Shown here piece by piece: positions 24,133-35,623 of a stretch of 64,000 nucleotides of DNA. Below the pieces are notes generated by a model. That model did not search any database, was not told the origin of the DNA, and saw nothing but the letters and a program-made list of their open reading frames with translations. Every line of letters begins with the position of its first letter. The first letter of the stretch is position 1. The position numbers and the translations under genes are program-made. The stretch is from Octopus sinensis (taxonomy: Eukaryota): contig NC_043015.1 of assembly GCF_006345805.1 (NCBI RefSeq), forward strand, positions 43,958,001 through 44,022,000, given 5' to 3'.

Positions 24133-24337
24133 GGTAAGGAGGAAACCTTCAAGGTGGAATATTATGAGCATTCCGAGGTAAATACTAGGATTTTAGTAAG
24201 ATTTATTCCCTCTGAGCACCGTAACATTTTTCCTCATTTCCATATATATCCTTCTCGTTGAGGCTGGCGTATAATTTTGGTAAGCCACGAACTTACACAA
24301 TGTTTGTGTGTAACAGTTTGTGTGTGTGTGTGTGTGT

Positions 24338-24562
24338 GAGCTGGCAGAAACGTTAGCACGCCGGGCGAAATGCTAAACGGTATTTCGTCTGCCGTTACGT
24401 TCTGAGTTCAAATTCCGCCGAGGTCGACTTAACCTTTCATCCTTTCGGGGTCGATTAAATAAGTACCAGTTACGCACTGGGGTCGATATAATCGACTTAA
24501 TCGGTTGTCTGTCCTTGTTTGTCCCCTCTGTGTTTAGCCCCTTGTGGGTAGTAAAGAAATAG
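24338..24562 (+). mobile_element. SINE-A monomer inside a (GT)n tract
   Basis: gagctggcagaaacg...gtaaagaaatag with GT repeats on both sides. Confidence 0.93.
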
Positions 24563-24597
24563 TGTGTGTGTGTGTGTGTGTGTGTATCGTCGTAAGG

Positions 24598-24747
24598 TTA
24601 CTTATTTACAGCTGAGCAGCAGGACTGAAGCAATGTGCGATGACTGTTTTTTTGCTCAAAAAACACAACGCGTGAGGCTGTCCTGGAATCGAAACCGCGA
24701 ACTCGTGATTGTGAGTGAAACACCCTGACCACTCGGCCACGCGCTTT
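24598..24747 (-). mobile_element. SINE-C/D-like 5' fragment
   Basis: Reverse-complement tRNA head (ggtttcgattcc) followed by gttgtgtttttgagcaaaa. Confidence 0.65.
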
Positions 24748-24868
24748 CAAAATGTTTCTGCATAGGTGCGTGTATATGTGTGTATGTATTTGCGTGTGTG
24801 TATTTGTGCATGAATATGCGTGTGTGTGTGTGTGTATGTGTGTGTGTGTATGTGTGTGTGTGAGACTG

Positions 24869-25299
24869 CTCTTTACTCTTTTTACTCTTTTACTAGTTTT
24901 AGTCATTTGACTGCGGCCATGCTGGAGCACCGCCTTTAGTCGAGCAAATCGACCCCAGGACTTATTCTTTGTAAGCCTAGTACTTATACTATCGGTCTCT
25001 TTTGCCGAACCGCTAAGTTACGGGAACGTAAACACACCAGCATCGGTTATCAAGCGATGCTGGGGGTGACAAACACAGACACACAAACACATACACACAC
25101 ATAGATATATACATACATATACATATACATATATACGACGGGCTTCTTTCAGTTTCCGTCAAGCAAAACCACTCACAAGGCTTTGATCGGCCCGAGGCTA
25201 TAGTAGAAGACACTTGCCCAAGCTGCCACGCAGTCGGACTGAACCCGGATCCATGTGGCTGGTAAGCAGGATGCTTAACCACACAGCCACTCCTGCGCC
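24869..25299 (-). mobile_element. SINE family B, full length
   Basis: Complete reverse-complement match to 13802-14203. Confidence 0.95.
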
Positions 25300-25516
25300 T
25301 GTGAGATAAATTTTGCGCTAATTCCTTTAATCATTCATATATTTCTAATTAACCACAATCATATATACATCCTTTCCAACGCCGGTGTCGCCAAGGAATC
25401 TCTAACATTCAATGTGTTCTCTCTTCAACCAGGATATTCTGATACAAAAACTTGAAGGTCAATTGTTTACGGCCCATTTTTAATTCTTCTTTGCTTGTTT
25501 CGTAAAACACTTCTGC

Positions 25517-25571
<55 letters not shown>

Positions 25572-25667
25572 TCCTTCTTTCTTTCTTCCTTTCCTTCTTT
25601 CCTTCTTTCTTTCCTTCTTTCTTTCTTTCTTTCCTTCTTTCTTTCCTTCTTCTTTTCTTTCTTTCCT

Positions 25668-25699
<32 letters not shown>

Positions 25700-26118
25700 T
25701 CCTTCTTTCTTCCTTTCTTTCTTTCCTTCTTTCTTTCTTTCTTTCTTTCCATCTTTCTTTCCTTCTTCCTTTCCTTCTTCCTTTCTTTCTTCCTTTCCTT
25801 CTTTCCTTCTTCCTTTCTTTCTTTCTTTCCTTCTTTCTTCCTTTCTTTCTTTCCTTCTTTATTTCTTTCTTTCTTTCCTTCTTTTTCTTTCTTTCTTTCC
25901 TTCTTTCCTTCTTTTTCTTTCTTTCTTTCCTTCTTTCCTTCTTTCTTTCTTCCCTTCTTCCTTTCTTTCTTTCTTCCTTTCTTTCTTTCTTTCCTTCTTC
26001 CTTTCTTTCTTTCTTTCCTTCTTTCTTTCTTTCCTTCTTCCTTTCTTTCTTTCTTTCCTTCTTTCTTTCCTTCTTCCTTTCTTTCCTTCTTTCCTTCTTT
26101 CTTTCTTTCTTTCTTTCA
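25517..26118. repeat. ~600-bp (CTTT)n/(CTTC)n polypyrimidine tract
   Basis: Almost purely C/T on the + strand; source of the K/E/R and F/L/S ORFs. Confidence 0.97.
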
Positions 26119-26413
26119 TACAACCGCCCATGTTTCTTTGATTTCATTCCTGTTGGGTTTTCTTCTGTTTTAAATAGAATTCAAGGTTAAAATTAAAATA
26201 ACCAGTGACACACTGACGGCATTGTTTCTCCAGCTAGAATGCCGTGTGAAGTAAACTCCACCTGTTTCAGGTTTCCCTACACGAATTAATGAATATATCT
26301 CTGTGTATCCGTGTGTACGTATGTGAGGGATGTGTCTACGTATGTATGTATGTATGTGCGTGTGCGTAGGAGTTGGAGCGCACGTGTGTGTGTGTCTCTG
26401 TGTGTTTTGTGTT

Positions 26414-26460
<47 letters not shown>

Positions 26461-26556
26461 GACAGCCAAATAATAGTTGCAAAAGATCCTACGAAAAGCC
26501 AATCTGTTTCACAGGTCCAATAATTATTTATTAATAATCGTTGGACCTCTGTGTGC

Positions 26557-26610
<54 letters not shown>

Positions 26611-26613
<3 letters not shown>

Positions 26614-26896
26614 TTTATGCGCCCTTTTTCTAACCTAGCCAGGTTCATGGGCCCGGTTTCCCGCTTTCTGTGGGGTATGTGTTGCCCCCAGCTGGACAGG
26701 ACGCCAGTCCATCGCAGCATTACTCAAGAAACAGGAAGAAAGAGTGAACGAAAGTTGGGGCGAAAGAGTACAACAGGGGTCGCCACCACCCCCTACCGGA
26801 CCCTTGTGGAGCTTTTAGGTGCTTTCGCTCAATGAACACACACAACGCCCGGTCTGGGAATCGAAACCGCGATCCTCCGACCGCGAGTCCGCTGCC
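26611..26896 (-). mobile_element. SINE family D, missing the first ~20 nt
   Basis: Reverse complement of 61190-61460. Confidence 0.92.
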
Positions 26897-27213
26897 TTGT
26901 TGTGTGTGTTTATTGAGCGAAAATACCTAAAAGCTCCACGAGGTTCCGGCTGGGGGTGGTAGCGACCCCTGTTGTACTCTTCCGCCCCAACTTTCTCTCA
27001 CTCTTTCTCCCTGTTTCTTGAGTAACGCTGCGATGGACTGGCTTCCCGTCCAGCTGGGGGGGGGGGAACACATGCGCCATAGAAACCGGGAAACCGGGCC
27101 CGTGAGCCTGGCTAGGCTTGAAAAGGGCGCATAAATAAAAAAAAAATAATAATAAACCCTTGGAGGCGGTGCTCCAGCATTGCCGCAATACAATGAATGA
27201 AGCACATAAAAGA
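26897..27213 (+). mobile_element. SINE-D headless copy fused head-to-head with the previous copy, followed by a B-type tail
   Basis: Starts at ttgttgtgtgtgtttattgagcg; contains gcgatggactggc...ccgtccag; ends in aaacccttggaggcggtgctccagc. Confidence 0.9.
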
Positions 27214-28124
27214 TACAAGATATAGATAATTGAGTTGTTTATATTTTCAGATTTACGAAACATTTATTTAAATGTCGTCTCTTGAACAAAAGAAGTTTCA
27301 CTATTCCTTTCTTTTTCGAGTTATCTAAGCGTATTTTCGAAACAAAACCAAAAAAAGGCCTTTTCACGGCTTATAACATTTGTGGTATTACAATTCTCTT
27401 TATATATATTTCTTACGGTTGTTTGTTAAATCTCGTCTGTTTATTTGTTTATGTGGTTTTACTCCTTCTTCTTTTATGAGATAAGGCGTTTCCACAGAAC
27501 GTTCACAAACGATTGAGTATATTGACCTTACAGAATAAATATTTGTGTTTGCTTCATTTTCCTTTTTATTTTACACTTTAGCAAAAAGATTCAGTTTTAT
27601 GATTGAAGCCAAAACACACGAAAATCGTTTCCAAAATGATATTTTATTTTTTTAAAATTTCATTGTTCATTTTTCAGTAGTTTTATTCTCGTTTTCACGT
27701 TTTCAATGCTTTACAGAATACATCTCAATAGGTCTTCTATTTTCTACAGCGTTAAACCTAATCTATATGTATGCGTTGTACACTGTCTAATTGCGCTATT
27801 TTCTGTTTGTTGTGCATATTTGCACTCCTGAGCTTTCCGCAATTTCTTTATTGGCATATTTTCGGGAGGGTTTGTTTGTTGCTATTGTTTTTGTTTTGTT
27901 TTTTGTTTGTTTTCTTTTTAACCATTCCCAAAGCGTCTATTATTAGAGGGATCCACAAAAGCCTTTGAACGGAACCTAACGACATTTTTTTTACATGTAA
28001 TAAAATATCGTTATTTGCACAGTGCACAGCGAGATATGAAGCAATAATCTGCATATTCATTCTAAATACGTTACGATAGATTCAAATGCAAATACGCTAA
28101 TCGTTGCTGTGTACATCATATCAG

Positions 28125-28560
28125 AGATCTTTTCGGTTTGAACGGCAGTTTTTTTTTTATGATTTCCACGTAGCTAAACACTTTTAAACTTCGTATACTG
28201 GTAGAATGTGTTTATAAAGCATCTTTTTCTCTTGGCTTTATTGAGAAAATTCTATAGTTTGTAAGATATTTGTTGTTGTTTTTCTTCAATTTCTGCAATT
28301 TCATCCAATCATTGACATCCATTGAGGTGAAAACATTCTGTGCCGTATGAAAATGACCCTCGTTTAAGAAACAGATTGAGTTTATTTACATTTCTGAAGA
28401 AAAAAAGATACCCTTCCCCCCACCCCTAACCCTAACCCTAACTCTAACCCTAACCCTGAAACAGGTTGAAATGCAATAGATCGATACTTGGGTCATAATT
28501 ATGGGTGACAATTTCATATGACACCGCTAGAAAAAACTGCCGGTCAAACCGAAAAGATCC
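28125..28560. mobile_element. MITE with ~30-bp TIRs, 8-bp TSD and internal (TAACCC)n; Merlin-like
   Basis: (a/g)gatcttttcggtttga.cggcagtttttt ... aaaaaactgccggtcaaaccgaaaagatcc; catatcag at 28117-28124 and 28561-28568; telomere-type repeat at ~28424-28457. Confidence 0.88.
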
Positions 28561-28820
28561 CATATCAGTACAACTTCTCCCTTTTACAACGACAATGTTT
28601 TCATAACGCAAGGGATTCTGGGACACCCGTATTCTGATATGCTGTTTCTCGTCAGCCAGAAATAGCCTGGCCGTTGAGCTTAAACAAACAACTTTGCTTT
28701 CTATTTCTTTGCTGGACAAATTCTTTCCTGATCAGCGCTTATTTCTATCAAAAGATGAAAAAAAAAAATTCTTACATTATTTACATTTGACGGATATTTG
28801 TTCTCATCTTCTTTGTTGTT

Positions 28821-28866
28821 AACACAACGTTTCGGCTGATATACCCTCCAGCCTTCATCAGGTGTC
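28821..28866 (-). ncRNA. Minimal type-I hammerhead ribozyme motif (Penelope-like type)
   Basis: Minus strand: GACAC-CTGATGA-A-GGCTG-gagggtatat-CAGCC-GAAAC-GTT-GTGTT; intact core, 5-bp stems I and II, palindromic ACGT stem III. Confidence 0.8.
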
Positions 28867-28894
28867 TTAGGGAAATTTCAAACCTGGGTTCTCA

Positions 28895-29516
28895 TTACTG
28901 TTGCTGCTGTAGTAGTAGTAGTAGTAGTAGTAGTAGTAATAGTAGTAGTAGTAGTAGTAGCAGCAGCAGCAGCAGTAGTCATATTAGTAGTAGTAGTTGT
29001 AGTAGTAGTAGCAGCAGCAGCAGTAGTCGTAGTCGTAGTAGTAGTAGTAGTAGTAGTAGTAGTTGTAATAGCAGCAGCAGTTGTAGTAGTAGTAGTAGTA
29101 ACAGCAGTAGTAGTAGTAGTAGTAGTAGTAGAAGTAGTAGTAACAGCAGCAGTAGTAGTAGTAGTAGTAGTAGCAGCAGCAGCAGCAGTAGTCATATTAG
29201 TAGTAGTAGTAGTAGTAGTAGTAGTAGCAGCAGCAGCAGCAGTAGTCATATTAGTAGTAGTAGTAGTAGTAGTAGTAGTAGCAGCAGCAGTAGTCGTAGT
29301 CGTAGTAGTAGTAGTAGTAGTAGTAGTTGTAATAGCAGCAGCAGTTGTAGTAGTAGTAGTAGTAACAGCAGTAGTAGTAGTAGTAGTAGTAGTAGCAGCA
29401 GCAGCAGTAGCAACAGTAGTAGTAGTAGCAGCAACAGCAGCAGTAGTAGTAGTAGCAGCAACAGCAGCAGTAGTAGTAGTAGCAGCAACAGCAGCAGTAG
29501 TAGTAGTAGCAGCAGT
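28895..29516. repeat. (AGT)n/(AGC)n array with higher-order duplication
   Basis: Marker gtcatattag recurs at ~28978, ~29190 and ~29246; a block of ~150 bp is duplicated. Confidence 0.95.
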
Positions 29517-30061
29517 TAATTGCGCTTTTTAAAGGAAAGAAAACCAGATGCTATACGTATAAGCGAAAATGTCATCACCGTCTTAGAAACGAAACAACTC
29601 GTAAAATGTTCGCCGTTAAACACTTTTGCCCTTCGCCTTCTAAATATTTGAAATCTGTCGAACAACTAATCCATTAGTTCTGTAGTTATTCCTAATTGTT
29701 TATGCCCGTAGGGACACAAATAATCTCCTTTAAACCAACATGTCATGTAATGTTTATCAACCTATCTCTCACTGTATACGTATGAGTCTGAATGTATACG
29801 CATAACACACACACACATATGTGTAGATGTATATATAGATTTATGCATGTATGTATATATCTTCATATATATATATATATATATATATAGATCTATATAT
29901 AATATATATATATATATATATACATATATAAGCAAAAGTACATCGGATAAAAATAAGTATGTATTATATATTATATATATAATATATATATTATACATAT
30001 ATACACACACACATATAAGCAAAAGTACATCAGATAAAAATAAATATATATATTTGTATAG

Positions 30062-30785
30062 AAATGGAACAAAAACCCAATAGAGGTCATTAAAACGTTC
30101 AGACAGACGACACAAAGGCGTACAAGAGAAACAACAATTAGAAGGACGGGCAAAAAAAGTCGGGTCATTCTTGGCTTTCTTTCATCAGTCAACTACCAGA
30201 AGTCACGACCATTTCGGACAGTTACACATGAGATTGTTCGATTTGGTTTTTCCCGAAAATCGTCTAAGCTAAGAGCATTGGACCCCTTTGTAAGAAAGCT
30301 AGCGAATGTGTACACGGCAACAAAGTCGAAAAAAAAGCAAAATACGGAGAACATAGTACACAATTGCGAATACATATAAATTTATATAAATCAAAAAAAA
30401 AATCGGAATAAGAATGTAACGGACGACAATAAAAGCACAAGGACAGGTGGACGATACAAAGGCGGACAGGAAAACCAGGTCGTACCATTCGTGGCTTTCT
30501 ATTCATCAGTCAAGCTTCAAATCATCACTACAGATTCGGCCTGTTACACTTGAGATTGTTCAAAATTGGTAGGCCACAAAAATCTAAGCTAAGGGCATTA
30601 TATTTTCGGAAGGAAGCGAGCGAATAAGTGCGACAGCACGGACAAAAAGGTGAGAAAACAGAGAAAATGTTACACGATTACAAATACAAACAGCAAGAAT
30701 AACAACAGGTGTCTTTCGACTAAAAGGACAAGTTAGGTTAAGCTGGCGTGTGAAGCGGAAGCCATACGGCAACAAACATAGATGA
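30062..30785. repeat. Two diverged ~320-bp tandem units
   Basis: ggctttct.ttcatcagtcaa...gttacac.tgagattgttc...tctaagctaag.gcatt at ~30172-30280 and ~30493-30600; period ~321. Confidence 0.75.
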
Positions 30786-30789
30786 AAGT

Positions 30790-31061
30790 CAGTGGTTAGG
30801 GCGGTCGTAGGATCGCGGTTTCGATTCCCAGACCGGGCGTTGTGAGTGTTTATTGAGCGAAAACACCTAAAAGCTCCACGACGCTCCGGCAGGAGGTGCT
30901 GATCCCTGCTGTACTCTTTCACCACTCTTTCTCTCACTCTTTCTTCTGTTGGCCTACTCGCTTAGCCAGCGGGGTGGCGTCATTCGAAGGCTAAAACAAT
31001 GCGAACGCATTGTGACCAGCAATGTGTAACAACATCTGATGGTCTGGTCGGTCACGTGATA
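30790..31061 (+). mobile_element. SINE-D-headed variant with a different 3' half
   Basis: Identical head and middle to family D up to ctttctctcactctttctt, then unrelated sequence ending in ggtcacgtgat. Confidence 0.85.
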
Positions 31062-31085
31062 TGTATATATATATGAATATGTGTT

Positions 31086-31130
<45 letters not shown>

Positions 31131-31219
31131 ATGTATGTGTATAGTTATATATATATAGTTGTCTACACCACCTGTCTTTGTCTATTGTTTTTTGTGAATT
31201 CTCCCATTGTATGTATATG

Positions 31220-31262
<43 letters not shown>

Positions 31263-33004
31263 TATACAAATATACAAATATATATCCAAATATACGTATA
31301 TACATATATTAAAAAATAAGATAAGGCACCATTTAAATGCTTTATTTAAACCCCATAATTATATATAATATTATCCAAAATATGACAAACGTTTGAAACA
31401 CGTGGTATGCGCACATATATAAATATATATAAATGTGTGTATGTGCGCGCGTGTTCGTTTATCTGTGTGTGTTTGTGTATCTGTGTGCGTGTGCGTATGC
31501 GTGTGTTTGTGTGTGCTTATATGTCTGTTTGTGTGTTGGATTAAGCTGACATTGGATTAAATTAAGAAACTTTTATTTTTGTGCTACGTTTCAGATGTTT
31601 TGTGTTTTCCCACCACCATAAAAATTGGCCCACTAACACATTATATTATTTTCCATAGGTTACAGGCTGTGTGCTTCGAGGTACCGTTGGTTGTTAGACG
31701 ACGTGTAAAAGCTTTGCCTGGTTTCAAATATAGGACTGAACAGAGAGAAGGGTAGCAGGGAAGGCGTATTAGTTTTTACCGCTAATCCGACTACTTATCA
31801 GATTTGTGTGAAATTAAGATCAATGTTAAATATTTCCTTGAGTGATTACAATTAAATATAACTGCGTATGGATGGAAAAATTGCTGTGTTGGCGCGCGTG
31901 CGCCCGTGTGTACGCGTGTGTGTTTATCTGTATGTTACGTGTGTGAGTGTGTGTGTGTGTGTGTGTGTATGAGTGTTTTATCGTGTGGCTATTTGAATGA
32001 TCTGTTTGTGTGGTGCATGTAATGTGTTTATGAATGTAGTCGTAGTTTTATGCCTAATAATTGCGCCTAGGAGCTGTGTACGTTTATGTGTGTGTTGTTA
32101 ATGGGTATAGATTCGTTTCATCAAATCGTATGCAACTACATGTATCTGTGGTTGTGTGTGTGTGCGCGTGTTCGTGTTTATGTTAGTGTTTGTGTGCGTG
32201 CATGTGTGGAGTGTGTGTATATGTGTGTATATGTGTGTGTGCGACTGCATGTGTATAGATGTAGATAGGTGTGTGTATGTATATTTGTATATATATGTAC
32301 GAGCGTGAGTATTTATGTATCAATGTACATATATATACAAATATGTGTATATATATAAATATATATATGTATGAGTGTGTTTAAGTATTTACGTATCTAT
32401 GTACATGTATATAGAAATATATGTGTATATATATAAATATATATGTATGAGTGTGTTTAAGTATTTATGTATCTATATACATATATATAGAAATATATGT
32501 GTATATATATAAATATATATGTATGAGTATATATGAATGTAGGTATGTATGTATATATGCATGTATTATGTATGCATATATGTATATGCGTATGTATGAA
32601 GATCTATATAAGCATTTAATTATACATATATGTACATGTAAATGTGTTTGCGAGTGTACGCGTGTGTAAATGGAAATAGCGTTCCTTTCAAAGATGTTAT
32701 ATTAAAAAACGCAACAATGATCAAACATGGCCTTTTTTTATTAATGATCTTTTCATATTTCTTTATTAATATTTTGTAATTGCTCTGGACAAAACATTCC
32801 TATATCTAATTAGTATAACGGATCGAGTCTTTAGCAATCGCATTCTCATAATAAATTGTCGTAAACGGCGTACTATTCATGTATTTTGCAGTAAGTTGCA
32901 GAGGGTACATGGAATAGTTATACAACTGATAAAATTATCAATGTCGGACTAAAACCTATATAACAAAAAATCCTAGTAAACTTTCATATCATGCTGTACT
33001 TATA

Positions 33005-33418
33005 GGCGCAGGAGTGGCTGTGTGGTAAGTAGCTTGCTAACCAACCACATGGTTCCGGGTTCAGTCCCATTGCGTGGCACCATGGGCAAGTGTCTTCTGC
33101 TATAGCTCCGGGCCGACCAATGCCTTGTGAGTGGATTTGGTAGACGGAAACTGAAAGAAGCCTGTCGTATATATGTATGTATATATATATATGTGTGTAT
33201 GTGTTTGTGTGTCTATGTTTGTCCCCCTAGCGTTGCTTGACAAACGATGTGGGTGTTTACGTCCCCGTCACTTAGCGGTTCGGCAAAAGAGATCGATAGA
33301 ATAAGTACTGGGCTTACAAAGAATAAGTCTCGGGGTCGATTTGCCCGACTAAAGGCGGTGCACCAGCATGGCCGCAGTCAAATGACTGAAACAAGTAAAA
33401 GAGGAAAAGAGAAAAGAG
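33005..33418 (+). mobile_element. SINE family B, full length
   Basis: Matches 13802-14203. Confidence 0.95.
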
Positions 33419-33424
33419 TATATG

Positions 33425-34020
33425 TCTATCTCAGTCGATCGACTAATACGGACGAACCTAACTTTTTTACGCCAGACTTCTCGATTGAGGGATCAGGCAT
33501 GAGTGTCTAGCCTGGGTTTTAGTCACATCAGTCTATCCCCTAGCTACGGATGAGAGCAACTGTTTGCTTACTGAAACGATTGATCCTGGTCGTTGACTTT
33601 GTTGTTTGTTCAACTGCCCAGCTTCTGGTGAAATAGTTCACATCCATCATGCTGTATCACATGATTTTATGTCGAAGTTATCCCAGTTACCTGAGTTACC
33701 TTCTCCTAGAAGGATGCCTTAACAAAGGCTGGGAGTCCTTCACTCCCAATGGTTTAACCGCGCAATCGGGTATTCAGTCCGATTATTTCTATGTCCCCGC
33801 GCATGATACATCCTTAAGATATTTATTGGATGGCTGTTGACTCTCAAGAGTTCCTACGCCCTTTGACGGGTTTTGTTCTTCATCCCGCAGGGTGTCCAAT
33901 AAACACCCTCCTCACCAAGCAAGCTTGGTGGGGTTGCCGGTTTAGTAGCCGACGACCCGACCATGCAACAGGTTGTACTGAGTTACATGTTACCAGTAGC
34001 ACTCGGAAGTGACCTGACAT
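33425..34020 (-). mobile_element. Non-autonomous RTE-derived element (5'-UTR-like part + RTE C-terminal remnant)
   Basis: 33665-34020 is shared with 58337-58694; the left part on minus encodes NREVWRKKVRFVRISRS, resembling RTE ORF ends (DR..WR..V). Confidence 0.65.
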
Positions 34021-34212
34021 ATACTTACATACATACATACATACATACGTACGTACGTACATACATACATACATACATACATACATACATACATACATAG
34101 ATACATACATACATACATACATATATAAATAAATACACACATACATACATACATACATACATACATACATACATAACATACATACATACATACATACATA
34201 ATATACGTACAT
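34021..34212. repeat. (CATA)n array
   Basis: Directly visible. Confidence 0.96.
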
Positions 34213-34494
34213 ACGATGTTTAATTTGCGATTAATAAAGATTTCATAGTCATTCACTTTTCTTATATTTTTGGTTTTCCTTTCGTTCTGAAATTCTTCAT
34301 AACACTTTAGTCTTCAAGCCTTTGCGTTGTCGTTGTCGTTGTTGTTATGGGTGTTGTAGTTGTTTTTCTTATTCTTGTTCTTGTTTGTGACACCAGCTGT
34401 TTGGGGTGAATGGAAGCTCTGTTACGGCCATGAAACCGCTGCCACTGTGTTGCCTATGTTGCTTATATGTTGACGGTGGCAGGGATGCTGGCAC

Positions 34495-35304
34495 TGATGG
34501 GCATTACGATGGTGATGGTGGTGGTGGTGATGGTGGTGGTGGTGGTGGTGATGGTGGTGGTGGTGATATTGGTGGTGGTGCTGGTGCTGGTGGTGGTTGG
34601 TGGTGGTGGTGGTGGTAATGGTGATGGTGGTGGTGGTGGTGGTGGTGGTGGTGGTGGTGGTGGTGGTGGTGATGGTGGTGGTGGTGGTGGTGGTGGTGTG
34701 GTGATGGTGGTGGTGGTGGTAATGGTGATGGTGGTGGTGGTGGTGGTGGTGGTGGTGGTGGTGGCGGCGGTGATAGCGGTAGTCGTGGTGGTAGTGATGT
34801 GGTGGTGATGGTTTTGGGGATGGGGGGTGGTGTGGTGGTGGTGGGGTGGTGGTGGTGGTGGTGGTGGTGGTGGCGGTGATAGCGGTAGTCGCGGTGGTGG
34901 AGTGATGTGGTGGTGATGGTCTTAGTGATGGTGGTGGTGGTGATGGTTGTGGTGTTGGTGATAGCGGTGGTGGTAGTGGTGCGTGTGGTAATGATGTTGA
35001 CGTGGAGGTCACGATGATGTGAAATGATGCTGGCAGCAGCGGTGTTCATGGTGATGGTGATGGTGGTGGTGTTGATTGTGTAGGTGGGGATTTGGTGGGG
35101 GTGGAGATGATGGTGATTGCATTCGGGAAGTTACTTTTGAATCTCGACTAATATTAGACGTGATGATGCTGACTGAGAGACATTGACTATATTGATGATG
35201 ATGATGATGATGATGGCGGCGGCGGTGGTGATGACGAAGATGATGCTGATGATGATGATGATGATGATGATGCTGATGATGATGATGATGATGATGATGA
35301 TGAC

Positions 35305-35345
<41 letters not shown>

Positions 35346-35361
35346 CGATGATGATGATGAT

Positions 35362-35401
<40 letters not shown>

Positions 35402-35588
35402 CGATGATGACGATGATGATGATGACGATGATGACGATGATGACGATGATGATGACGATGATGACGATGATGACGATGATGACGATGATGATGATGATGA
35501 TGATGATGATGACGATGATGACGATGATGATGATGATGATGATGATGACGATGATGATGATGATGACGATGATGATGACGATGATGAC

Positions 35589-35623
<35 letters not shown>

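Noticed and set aside
26830-26896. tRNA genes at SINE heads (also 10092, 46737, 61168)
   Set aside because: A/B boxes are present but there is no complete cloverleaf or acceptor stem, and each continues into a SINE body.
31672-31700. Strong acceptor ttttccatag and other isolated splice-like sites (25430, 39270, 40830)
   Set aside because: No consistent open exon or recognisable peptide; such sites are common by chance in AT-rich DNA.
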